From Barthelona sp. PCE (taxonomy: Eukaryota): a stretch of DNA of 64,000 bases. Each line of letters begins with the position of its first letter. Position 1 is the stretch's first letter. A program made the translations under genes and the position numbers. The notes under the pieces are model-generated. The model made no database searches, was not told the DNA's origin, and saw only the letters and a list, made by a program, of their open reading frames with translations. Below are positions 41,506-50,922 of this stretch, one piece after another. The stretch is from the NCBI GenBank assembly GCA_040285745.1, contig JAUFOR010000002.1, positions 1,178,001 through 1,242,000 on the forward strand, given 5' to 3'.

Positions 41506-42747
41506 TTACTTGGCAAGGTTGGCCTCGATCTTCTCGGGGACCTGCTCGAAGGCAGAAAGAAGAGAGCAGGCGGCCATGACGAAAGGCTTGTTCTTGGCCT
41601 CACTATACATACCAACACGTTGGGCAGCGAAGACGGGGGCTTCCCACTCACCCTTCTTACAGTTGGCAGAGTCCTTGCCTACCTCACCCTTGTACTCGAC
41701 ATCGGCGGGAAGACAGTGCATACCAATAGCACCGGGCTTAGCGAGGGCCCAGCGCTCCTCGGTAAGGGTCCAATCAGTGTGGTTGTTGTTGCGCTCAATG
41801 GCAATCTTTTCAAGCTCCTCGAGGTTGGCGGTACCAGCACGGTACTCCTCACCACGGGCACGGGCAAGATCCTGGGCTACCCAAGACTTAACGTAGACAA
41901 TGTCAGCATCGACAAGAGCGGAATCCATATCATAGGTGATGGTGAACTTACCATCGGACTCCTTGGTCTGCTTCTCGGCAACCTCAATGACGTTGTCAAG
42001 GAGAAGGAAATCCTCGGAAGGGATGGCGAGGTGCATGTCAACACCATAACGAGTCAGGAGACCGATAATACCCTGGGGGACAGAAAGAGGCTTTCCGTAT
42101 GAGGCGGAGTAGCCCCATGACATACAGAACTTCTTGCCACGGAGATTCTCGAGGGAGCCAAAGTGGTGAACACAGTGCATGAGATCTGAAAGTGCCTGGG
42201 TGTAGTGATCGACATCAGATTGCAAATTGATAAAGATGGGCTTTTTGTCGAGAATACTGCGGTTGGCAAACTTGTTGCTGAATCCGTACTCGAGGGCACT
42301 GATAACCTCTTCCATATATGTTTCGCCGGAGCCTAAATAGATGTCATCCCTGATTCCATAAACACGGCAGAGGAACGATAAACAATTGACCGTTTCGATT
42401 AAAGACTCACCGTGGGCGGCCTGACTTTTCTTGCTGTCATACTCATACAGACCTAATCCAACGAGTGCCATGCTTGTGGCGAAGGCAGACTTAGTTCTAG
42501 TTGATGCGTCTCTGAACTCATAGACAGCAGAACCACCCTTAAAAAGTTTAATGGCATCAGTACGCTCCTGCTCGTAAAGAGACTGGATGAAATCAGCCAT
42601 AACAACAATGGCTTCAATATCATCATAAGAATGATCCCATGTGCGAAGATGATGACGACCAAATAAATTATAGTTCAAAGCCTTCAGCTTCTCAATGTAT
42701 TGTTCATTGGTAGGATGAACAAAAGTGTCGGGGTTATAATCGGACAT
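41506..42747 (-). CDS. ygeW: Knotted carbamoyltransferase, YgeW family (bacterial type)
   Basis: FRDASTRT, SQAAHGE, GIRDDIYLGSG, NLQSDVDHYTQ, WGYSASYGKPLSVPQG, ADIVYVKSW and MHCLPAD closely follow YgeW and differ from OTCase/ATCase. Confidence 0.9.
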   Translation of the reverse strand: MSDYNPDTFVHPTNEQYIEKLKALNYNLFGRHHLRTWDHSYDDIEAIVVMADFIQSLYEQERTDAIKLFKGGSAVYEFRDASTRTKSAFATSMALVGLGLYEYDSKKSQAAHGESLIETVNCLSFLCRVYGIRDDIYLGSGETYMEEVISALEYGFSNKFANRSILDKKPIFINLQSDVDHYTQALSDLMHCVHHFGSLENLRGKKFCMSWGYSASYGKPLSVPQGIIGLLTRYGVDMHLAIPSEDFLLLDNVIEVAEKQTKESDGKFTITYDMDSALVDADIVYVKSWVAQDLARARGEEYRAGTANLEELEKIAIERNNNHTDWTLTEERWALAKPGAIGMHCLPADVEYKGEVGKDSANCKKGEWEAPVFAAQRVGMYSEAKNKPFVMAACSLLSAFEQVPEKIEANLAK

Positions 42748-43272
42748 ATTAGATTGGGGAAGAGAGTAAGAAAAAGTTAAGTAATAAAAAAGTGCCATAA
42801 CATTGAATAAAACACATCAGACCAGTGTACATCATAGAAAATTGTCGTATTGCACAATATTTGACATGTTAAAACAAATATTAAGCTTTATATAGCGATA
42901 TTTTTTATAAAAAAGTGACCCTATTCAATTTTTCTTATATATTGTGAAGTTTTCGACAACTTTATTCACAGTATATCGCTATTTATGTGTCCAAATTACG
43001 TTATATTGTCATTGTGCAAATATTATTCTAGTTGTAGTTTTTCGTTGATTCAGGTGTTAATCTTAGAAATTCTGGAAATGTACAATTTTCTTCTGATCAT
43101 TAGTACCAAATTTTTAAGTGTTTCAATGTTTTTGATGTTGAAAAAAGAATTTCCTCATTTTTGAGTTTATGTTGCTTTATAAGACGTGATGTGGTGTGTA
43201 GATGTGCATGTCTCACATTGTTTATATTCAGAAGCTCATTTAATGGTGTTTTTGACTTTCTTACCTAATTCG

Positions 43273-44196
43273 ATGTCAACTGATAACTCACCAGTTACAG
43301 AAGATCCCAACAAACGTTTAGTTGAAAGTTTGGTTGGCATGACTGTTGAGTCAACCTCAACATCTGAAGCCATTTCTGAATTGGCAGATGCATTTTTAGC
43401 ATCAAAGAATATAGTGTTTTGCACAGGGGCAGGTCTCAGCGTTGCTTCTGGTATCAGCTTATACCGTTCGGATTCTGAACCGAATGCTATTTGGAACAAT
43501 TATGTTGAAACAACAGGCAGATTGGAGACCATGCGTAAAATGGGTGTTACTAAGTGGTTCAACGAATTTCTGATGGATAGCCACTATAATGATAGTTTCC
43601 TTAACGCTATTCCAAACGCAGGACATGATGCTATTACCGAATTGACAAGAATCTTTCCAAACACAAGTGTTATTACTCAAAACGTTGATAACTTGCATAA
43701 AAAGTCCGGTATGGAGTATTCTCAATTGTACGAGGTTCACGGGAACTTGACTGGTTGGAGATGTCTTAACCGTAATTGTAAGCATCACAAAAAAGAAGTT
43801 CTGCGCCTTAATCTTGATGACTATATCATTCCAGGTTCATCAGACCCATTAAGGTACGACCCTAAATGTCCATTATGTGATTCGCATGCTACTCCGAACG
43901 TTCTCTGGTTTGACATGAGCTACGGTGACATTTATATGGCTGGGGGTCACACTTTCGATGATATTGTTCGTTTAATAAGCGCTGCTGATGTCGTATGTTT
44001 TGTTGGAACTTCAAACTCTGTGGGAATTACAGGTCATATAGAACATATTGTGTATGATCAGAATAAGCTGGCTTTTGATTTTAACATTAGTAGTGAGACA
44101 ACTCTTGTACGATCAAAGCTTATTCAGGGGCCTGCAGCTGAAACACTTCCTGCTTTAGTGAATTTGCTGAAAGAAAGAGCTCCTGACCGTTTCTAA
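43273..44196 (+). CDS. Sir2-family NAD-dependent deacylase
   Basis: TGAGLSVASGI, PNAGH, ITQNVDNLH, EVHG, Zn-binding cysteines, PNVLWF, VGTS. Confidence 0.92.
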   Translation: MSTDNSPVTEDPNKRLVESLVGMTVESTSTSEAISELADAFLASKNIVFCTGAGLSVASGISLYRSDSEPNAIWNNYVETTGRLETMRKMGVTKWFNEFLMDSHYNDSFLNAIPNAGHDAITELTRIFPNTSVITQNVDNLHKKSGMEYSQLYEVHGNLTGWRCLNRNCKHHKKEVLRLNLDDYIIPGSSDPLRYDPKCPLCDSHATPNVLWFDMSYGDIYMAGGHTFDDIVRLISAADVVCFVGTSNSVGITGHIEHIVYDQNKLAFDFNISSETTLVRSKLIQGPAAETLPALVNLLKERAPDRF

Positions 44197-44225
44197 CAAG
44201 TGTTAAACAAAAACTTTATTAAATA

Positions 44226-45425
44226 TTAAACACGGCCACAAATCAGACCGAGAACAACAGCTAAAATGGTTCCAATAACTGTAATCCAACTAAACAGTGA
44301 TATGTTGCCAGCACAACCCTGACGGGAATGGGCAGCATTGATATCGAATCTACTCATGTAATTTCTTGTATGAGTTGATCCTTCAATCATATCCTGTAAA
44401 TAACGGCCATCGAATACTAAAACAGTACCATTGTTCATGTTGGCAAACACACCGCCCTGAACGCTAGATGATCGGGAAACATTGTCTTCAAGAACGGCGC
44501 TTTCAAGCATGAAACTATCATAGTAAACTCTTCCATTTGAACTGGATGCGAAAACTCTCAAAGCTTCATCAACAAAAATTCCACAACCTTCTTGCAAACT
44601 GGTTCCTCTGCTCATGGTATATTCAAAGTTGGGATTCCATGTTATGACACTTGAACCATCTTTCAGCGCACCACTAATAAAATCAATGGGAACAACCTTA
44701 ACTTCACCGCTACAATAAGTACGATAAAACAAAAACTGGCCATCACAAGAAACATCAACTGCGACAACACCTCTATACGTGGAAGAGCATGAATCATCAG
44801 TTACTGTATAAGAAGCACAACTGTTATCTCGGCATGCAATGATACGTCCTGCACTGCTGGATCCACCTGCTGCAATAAATGTAATGTCATTATCAATGGC
44901 ATAGGCTATATCATTAGGCCACAGATTGTTCAATACACCTTCAATACTTACAGAATGACCTGTCAATGTTCCAGTTTTAACACTCAGTCTCTTGTACGTG
45001 GCGTCACCATAGTCTGTGCCTGCAACAGTGTTGACATCGATGAAATGCATAATATCATTGCGATCAATGTGCATTGCGCTGACACTTCGTAGAGAACCAG
45101 TTCCAACAGCGTTCATCTCAGTTGTAGGGAATGGTACACCGCCGAAATTGGAGCTTGATGTTGTGTTGGTAATCTTCGCAATTGTTGCTGGAATACTTTC
45201 AACAGATGAAGGAGTTCCATATGTTCTTGGAATAGTAACATAGAGGTTGCTGTTCGAATCGAACTGTCCACTGCTGATGTATGCGAAACGATAACCGTCA
45301 GAGTTATACGTAGCTGATGATAACTCACCAAAGTCAATCTTTTCAACAGACATCTTCAAATATGCTTCAAGACAAAATCCAACGGATACAAGACATAGTA
45401 AGGCAAAAATATTTCTAAAACGCAT
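44226..45425 (-). CDS. Secreted or membrane-anchored beta-propeller, yellow/major royal jelly-like (tentative)
   Basis: Signal peptide; LYVTIPR...PATIA, SVSAMHID...HFID, NDIA, VAVD...LFY; C-terminal hydrophobic anchor. Confidence 0.55.
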   Translation of the reverse strand: MRFRNIFALLCLVSVGFCLEAYLKMSVEKIDFGELSSATYNSDGYRFAYISSGQFDSNSNLYVTIPRTYGTPSSVESIPATIAKITNTTSSSNFGGVPFPTTEMNAVGTGSLRSVSAMHIDRNDIMHFIDVNTVAGTDYGDATYKRLSVKTGTLTGHSVSIEGVLNNLWPNDIAYAIDNDITFIAAGGSSSAGRIIACRDNSCASYTVTDDSCSSTYRGVVAVDVSCDGQFLFYRTYCSGEVKVVPIDFISGALKDGSSVITWNPNFEYTMSRGTSLQEGCGIFVDEALRVFASSSNGRVYYDSFMLESAVLEDNVSRSSSVQGGVFANMNNGTVLVFDGRYLQDMIEGSTHTRNYMSRFDINAAHSRQGCAGNISLFSWITVIGTILAVVLGLICGRV

Positions 45426-45629
45426 TAATATCTAAACGATATAAGAGAGAAAAACGAAAACAAAGTAAAGTAGCTTTCAGAGTATCTTAACCTTCTTCAA
45501 CCGGCTCAATTCCATGATTTCTAACTTTGTAACTGAAAATTGTTCGGTAGTAATAACATATGAGATTGTTTCAGAATTTCTTCCCTTCTCTTTTCAACAT
45601 TGACTTTTTCACGTTGTTGAACGTAGCAT

Positions 45630-46871
45630 ATGAAGTTATCGCAAGCATTCCAACCTCCGTTACCCTGCCCGCATTTGTATAGTATTTCAATTCCATATTT
45701 GTTTGATTGGATAGGTGATTATGACTTCCAAGAGCATCTTGAGCAAGGAAAACTGTCATGCAGACACTGCACAACCAAACATAAGCAGCAACTTTGGGCA
45801 TGTTTAACAACAGGTTGTACAGAAATTTGTTGTATGAAGCATATATCTCGGCATTTTGTTGAAACGAATGATGGGAAGTCAGACCATATCACTTTTGGTA
45901 ACAGTTTTGAGAGCTGTAGTGATGAACATAGTATTATTATGAATCTTTTTACAGGTTCCTTGTATTGTTTGAAATGTGAAAAAGAAATTTGCAGTTATGA
46001 ATATGATGATGTAGAGATCTTTGAACTGGTGCACAAGATTCGATCATGCTTAACGAATCCTGTTGATTTAGATGAAGAGTTTATGACAGAAGCACGACAG
46101 CAACGTATTGAAGAACGTATAGAACGTAAAAAGCAGGAAGAAATTAAAAAAGAAGAGGAAAAGAAAGAGAGAAAGAGACAAAAAGTTGAAGCAAAGAAAG
46201 CTGAACGTCGTGATAATCGATCTAAAAAACGTCAAATTATCAAAAAGATTACAACTTCCAACCCCCTTATCATGCCACCTCAGGATAAATTCAGAGCAGA
46301 GTCGCGTGTAACTACAGGCTCACTCATGCTCAAGCATGGTCGTCGTGGTACTCCTAATCAACGTTACATTTTTGTTACAAAGGAGATGGATTCGATATGT
46401 TGGCGAGACCCAAGAGGAACAAAGATCAAGGGCTCAATTGATGTTGCCGACATTGTTGAGGTCCTCGAGGGCCAGCAGACAAAGGTGTTTGCTCGTAATT
46501 CAGGTCGACCGAATCGTGAAGAGTATTCTTTCAGTATTATCGGCACAAATAGGACTTTAGATCTTGAAGCTGCTACAAAGAATCAAGCCAGAGAGTGGAT
46601 TTCTTCCCTACGTTATCTGATGGCAAAGAATGATCCAACAAAGCAAAAAGAAGCTGAGGAATTTGGTAAGAATAATCCTGGTGGTGTTACAGCATTGATA
46701 GAAAAGATTGATGCCGAAGAACTCAACGATGACATTGTGAGTAACTTCTCTGGTCTTAGTTCAGATGATATTGTACAAAAAGCAAAGAATGCCAGTATGG
46801 TTGTCAATAATGAGAGTTTCTTTGAAGAAATGGAGAACTACCATGATGCAAAGTTCGAGGAAGAAGAGTAA
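45630..46871 (+). CDS. ZnF-UBP + coiled coil + PH-domain protein
   Basis: CPHL...CRHC...WACL..GC...H...HF...H...YCLKC (ZnF-UBP); LKHGRRGTP...WRDP...GQQTKVF...RTLDL...W (PLC-like PH). Confidence 0.8.
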   Translation: MKLSQAFQPPLPCPHLYSISIPYLFDWIGDYDFQEHLEQGKLSCRHCTTKHKQQLWACLTTGCTEICCMKHISRHFVETNDGKSDHITFGNSFESCSDEHSIIMNLFTGSLYCLKCEKEICSYEYDDVEIFELVHKIRSCLTNPVDLDEEFMTEARQQRIEERIERKKQEEIKKEEEKKERKRQKVEAKKAERRDNRSKKRQIIKKITTSNPLIMPPQDKFRAESRVTTGSLMLKHGRRGTPNQRYIFVTKEMDSICWRDPRGTKIKGSIDVADIVEVLEGQQTKVFARNSGRPNREEYSFSIIGTNRTLDLEAATKNQAREWISSLRYLMAKNDPTKQKEAEEFGKNNPGGVTALIEKIDAEELNDDIVSNFSGLSSDDIVQKAKNASMVVNNESFFEEMENYHDAKFEEEE

Positions 46872-46948
46872 AGTGAATGTTTCTGGTAATTTTTTGTTAT
46901 ATTTTTTTGAACTTTACTTTCTTTGTATATTATTTTTTAGGGCATTTA

Positions 46949-47338
46949 ATGAGCCAAATCGATACCCCCATAACATCCACACAATCTGAACCAGTATTTG
47001 AATCAATCACACCGCAACACAACACATCAGCAGCACAGCTTCAGAATAGTCCGATAGAAAGTCTTAGAAAAACTGCTAAGGATACAATTGGAGTGACAAT
47101 TGATGTCAAATCACCAATTTCAAGTCTTTTAAAAAAAACTACAGAGTTAGGTCACACTAGACTATCGTCTAAAGTTGTTGAGGTTGTTGTGGAATCAATG
47201 AACGATAAGCTCTTTGAGTACCAGGCCGCCCTTGAAGATCAGGAGACTCGAAGGAAACGAGAACTTCAAGAAAGAATGGAAGAAGCTCAAAAGCTAAGGG
47301 AAGCAAGAATGAAGAAGTCTAGAATGACATTTGAATAA
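46949..47338 (+). CDS. Hypothetical protein with C-terminal coiled coil
   Basis: About 129 aa from the ATG at 46949. Confidence 0.55.
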   Translation: MSQIDTPITSTQSEPVFESITPQHNTSAAQLQNSPIESLRKTAKDTIGVTIDVKSPISSLLKKTTELGHTRLSSKVVEVVVESMNDKLFEYQAALEDQETRRKRELQERMEEAQKLREARMKKSRMTFE

Positions 47339-47361
47339 TTTGCACACTTACAGCAGTACTT

Positions 47362-48609
47362 TTACAAACTTTCCTCGAGCATTGCAATTGTTTTTAATTG
47401 TAATCTTGCAATAAAATCATTTTCTGCCTTTAAATCTAGTTCAATTTCGTTTTCATATGAAGCAAGCTTTTCAATTAACTGTAATAAACGTTCTCTAGAT
47501 GAAATAACAATCTCAATCTCAGATTCCTCCATGCATTCAGACTGTATATCAATGGTTTCTTCCTCAGAAGATGGATTCTCATCACTTTCCTCATCCTCTA
47601 TAACCGGTGCAGTGCTCAATGATCGTTGCATCTCAACAAACTCCTTAGCATCAATCATGAGCTGTTCCTGTATCTCAGGCTTGTCTGTGACACCAAATGT
47701 GAGTGGTGCAGCAGCAAATATGGCATCCATGCTTGTTCCAGGATCGCTGTCCTCACTTTCTTCACTTTCTTCAGATGAATTCTCATCATATACATCATCG
47801 TATACATCATCATCTTCGTATTCGACAGCATAGTCAACTTCCTCATCTTCCATAGCATCTTCTTGTTCCACAGCATCTTCTTGTTCGGCTGATTCTTCAA
47901 TTAATTCTTCTTTGGGTCCCGCCTGACTGTATGTAACGAATTCCTGCGCTTCCTTCAAAAGCTGATCCCTGATCTCTGGTACTTCCGTTCCGCCAAATGT
48001 TAGAGGGGCTGCAGCTAAGATTGTACTCATATCCAACCCCGGATCACTTTCTTCACTTTCTTCTTCCTCGTCATATACTTCCTCATATTCATCCTCATAT
48101 TCAATAAATTCATCTTCAACTTCATCATCGATGGGATCTTCTACTTCATAGAATGATTCAGAAACTTCCACTTCATTGAATGGTTTGGCGATTTGGCCTT
48201 CTGCCAAGTCAATTAAATTGGTATTTGAGTTGGTTGTTACACTAACTTCCGTTTCCGGACTTTCTACAATTGTAACTTTGATCTCTTCAGCTTCAGGTAT
48301 TTCAACTTCTTCAACCTCTTCAACAACGTGAACATCTGCTTCCATTTGCTCTTCAATGATTTCAATAGGTGATTCATGCTCAGAACTGTGAACTGAAATA
48401 ACATCCACTTCTTCTTTTGGTGTTTCTTGAATTACAACCGGCTCAATGACATCCAGCCTATCTGATTCAATGTCTGACAATATCAACTCAGTGTCAATAT
48501 CCCTTTTGTGATGTGATTGATGGTTTTTTGATACAGAAGAAACGTCAAAACCGCTTGATGTCTTCATCAGCAGGTCCCCAAGATCGGATTCAATCTCTAA
48601 CTCACTCAT
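47362..48609 (-). CDS. Highly acidic protein with an internal 100-aa duplication
   Basis: Two copies of SDPG...AAAPLTFG...PEI..QL...A.EFV, 300 nt apart. Confidence 0.7.
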   Translation of the reverse strand: MSELEIESDLGDLLMKTSSGFDVSSVSKNHQSHHKRDIDTELILSDIESDRLDVIEPVVIQETPKEEVDVISVHSSEHESPIEIIEEQMEADVHVVEEVEEVEIPEAEEIKVTIVESPETEVSVTTNSNTNLIDLAEGQIAKPFNEVEVSESFYEVEDPIDDEVEDEFIEYEDEYEEVYDEEEESEESDPGLDMSTILAAAPLTFGGTEVPEIRDQLLKEAQEFVTYSQAGPKEELIEESAEQEDAVEQEDAMEDEEVDYAVEYEDDDVYDDVYDENSSEESEESEDSDPGTSMDAIFAAAPLTFGVTDKPEIQEQLMIDAKEFVEMQRSLSTAPVIEDEESDENPSSEEETIDIQSECMEESEIEIVISSRERLLQLIEKLASYENEIELDLKAENDFIARLQLKTIAMLEESL

Positions 48610-48777
48610 AAAGTGAAATAATTGTGTGTGTAAAGGTGTTTTTTTGGAAAACAGATGCTTTCTCTTTTTCTACTTTACTGCATCTGTTTGCAACTTGTAG
48701 CCTTCTGTAGCTTCTCTTAGCTTTACCTATTTTTTTCATTGTCACCACTTTTATTGCTTTTTTTATTTCATGTCCCG

Positions 48778-49554
48778 ATGCTTTCAAGTATAGACGTTAT
48801 TAAACTTTGTTGTTACCTCTTGATCCTTTGTTATCTCTTGCTCTTAATCTTGGCAACGAACAGATTAATTGGACATCTCAAAACACATTCTTTAACGTTT
48901 TTTACGTTATCCAGACTTTTTCACACATTAGTAATTATAAGTTGTGTTATCAGAGTATTTGTATTCATCAGAGTACTTCAACAAGCTCCAAATAGTGGTT
49001 TTATGAGTTTTTTTATGGATAATATTCCTGCACTTCTGTCTCTAAGTATTTTTGGTCTGATCATTGTTTATTGGACAAGTGAATATAAGTGCTTAGAAAC
49101 CACAGCATACGCTAAGTCTTCAACATATCGTTTTTATTCCATAATTTTAAGTATTGTATTTACTTTCCAAATAATATTGTGGATTTCGGCATGGTTGTTT
49201 CCAAATATGGCAGATTATTTATTTGCCTTGGACGATATTTTATTTCTTATCATTACATTAGTATTTACTGTACTTTTCTTATTTACTGGTGCAAAGCTTA
49301 GTCAAAAAGTTCGAAATTTAGCTTTACCTTTAGGTCCCAACAACCGTCGTCAGTCTCATTATTTGTTTATCACAATTATATGTTTTGTATCGTTCCTTCT
49401 AAGGTTTATATTGATGAGTATGTGTGTTGTTAATGTTGATTATCTTCGAATTCCTCTTGTTTTTATGTTTTACTTTATCCTTGATCTAATCCCTCTTTAT
49501 ACATGGACATTATTATTGAATCAGACTCCAGTCAGAGGTGAATATTTCACATAG
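48778..49554 (+). CDS. TOM1/THH1/GPR137-like 7TM protein
   Basis: Seven hydrophobic segments; LFH...VIR, IPALL...LIIVYW, FLLR, LDLIP. Confidence 0.7.
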   Translation: MLSSIDVIKLCCYLLILCYLLLLILATNRLIGHLKTHSLTFFTLSRLFHTLVIISCVIRVFVFIRVLQQAPNSGFMSFFMDNIPALLSLSIFGLIIVYWTSEYKCLETTAYAKSSTYRFYSIILSIVFTFQIILWISAWLFPNMADYLFALDDILFLIITLVFTVLFLFTGAKLSQKVRNLALPLGPNNRRQSHYLFITIICFVSFLLRFILMSMCVVNVDYLRIPLVFMFYFILDLIPLYTWTLLLNQTPVRGEYFT

Positions 49555-49653
49555 TATTGAATTAGTTGTTAATAAATCAAATAGTTAGGAGAAATGATTG
49601 CTTTTTCAATTCATTCCTCATTCACTTTTTTTGCATATTGAAGCACATACATA

Positions 49654-50121
49654 ATGGAAACTGCACACACACAGGGAAAGGACTTGTTAAAGAAGATGTT
49701 TGCAAGCGAAAATGATGAGAACATAATTGTACCTCTTCCTTCTGATGGTAAGAAGAGATTTAACGTGACCAATATTTCGGACCCGGTTGATCTGGAGGAG
49801 GCACGCGCACTCAAAATGAATTCATCAACTTTACTTGAACTTGACGATCTTTTGGATCGTACAACCGACATTCTAGATGCTCTCGAGCAGGAGCAGAAGG
49901 AAATCGACGAGGCAATGGAGAAGGGTCTGGATGTTAGTTCATTTAATATTGAATATCAAAGCGATGAAGAAACTGAAATGGTTGAAATTGATAATGATAA
50001 TGATAGTGAGCGTGTTGTTCTTGATGTCATCCCGGGTGCTTTTGAACTTCGTCAAGACAGAGATTTGGAGGTGGACGGCTTGCGTCTACCTGGTGGACGA
50101 ATTCTGGATCCACCCACATAA
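49654..50121 (+). CDS. Acidic hypothetical protein, possibly DUF4598/NOPCHAP1-like
   Basis: FNIE...VVLDVIPGAFE resembles the IE...IEMDxxxGVxE pattern of that family. Confidence 0.45.
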   Translation: METAHTQGKDLLKKMFASENDENIIVPLPSDGKKRFNVTNISDPVDLEEARALKMNSSTLLELDDLLDRTTDILDALEQEQKEIDEAMEKGLDVSSFNIEYQSDEETEMVEIDNDNDSERVVLDVIPGAFELRQDRDLEVDGLRLPGGRILDPPT

Positions 50122-50366
50122 AATACGTAATTTCACATTTCCAAACAGACTTTGAGCCAATTCCTGAACGGAACACTGCACATTTTTGAAGGTTAGTCTT
50201 CCATGAGCGTTTCCTGATATTAGTAAATCTTTTTTAGTGATGTGAAACTATTCATTTAGGAACATATTCCAGAAAGATCATCCAAAAATCCGTAACGTTA
50301 TCTGTACAAGTGTGCATATTCGTATGATACTGAATTGGATCATATTTCAATTTTTCTTCTTTTAGC

Positions 50367-50885
50367 ATGTCTAACACAAGATTTATATATTTTACCAGAG
50401 GCGGAAATACCGAGGCTCTTGCAATGCACATGAATTTGCAGGTTGATGATTCAAGCATTGATAAACTTGAAGGTAATACCTTTGAAAATGTTTTTTGTGG
50501 GTTTTTAAGGGCAGGAAGAGCAGCTATGGGAAATAGAACTGAAGAAGTTGAGCTTCCTATTACCGATATTGATGAAAATGACACGTTAGTTCTTCTATCT
50601 CCAATTTGGGGAGGCAGATGGCCACCTGCAGTCAACGGTGCGCTTGAAAAGATTGCCCAATTACCAGGAAACAACAAGGTATATGTTGTCGGTCGCTGTG
50701 GTGGTAGTGCATCAACCAATGCATTTGATATATGCAGAGAAAAATTAGGAGAGAAATTCGTTGCTTATCTTCGTGTTTCTGATAGTGATGCTGTCGATTT
50801 AAACACCAATGAGTTTGTGAACGATTTTATTCATCTTATTCAGGCAAGGGAAATTCCAGAAGATCAAATGCTCAACCGCAGTTAA
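50367..50885 (+). CDS. Flavodoxin-like protein (bacterial type)
   Basis: IYFTRGGNTEALA FMN-phosphate loop; LLSPIWGG; CGG. Confidence 0.85.
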   Translation: MSNTRFIYFTRGGNTEALAMHMNLQVDDSSIDKLEGNTFENVFCGFLRAGRAAMGNRTEEVELPITDIDENDTLVLLSPIWGGRWPPAVNGALEKIAQLPGNNKVYVVGRCGGSASTNAFDICREKLGEKFVAYLRVSDSDAVDLNTNEFVNDFIHLIQAREIPEDQMLNRS

Positions 50886-50922
50886 CAATGTATATATGTA
50901 TATAAATAAATATTTTCTTTAA

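Noticed and set aside
41510-42102. Long antisense ORFs (128 and 160 aa) opposite ygeW
   Set aside because: Shadow ORFs caused by GC-rich, biased codon usage on the coding strand.
41506-42747. Annotation as ornithine carbamoyltransferase of the arginine deiminase pathway
   Set aside because: It lacks the OTCase DxxxSMG ornithine-binding motif and carries YgeW-specific motifs.
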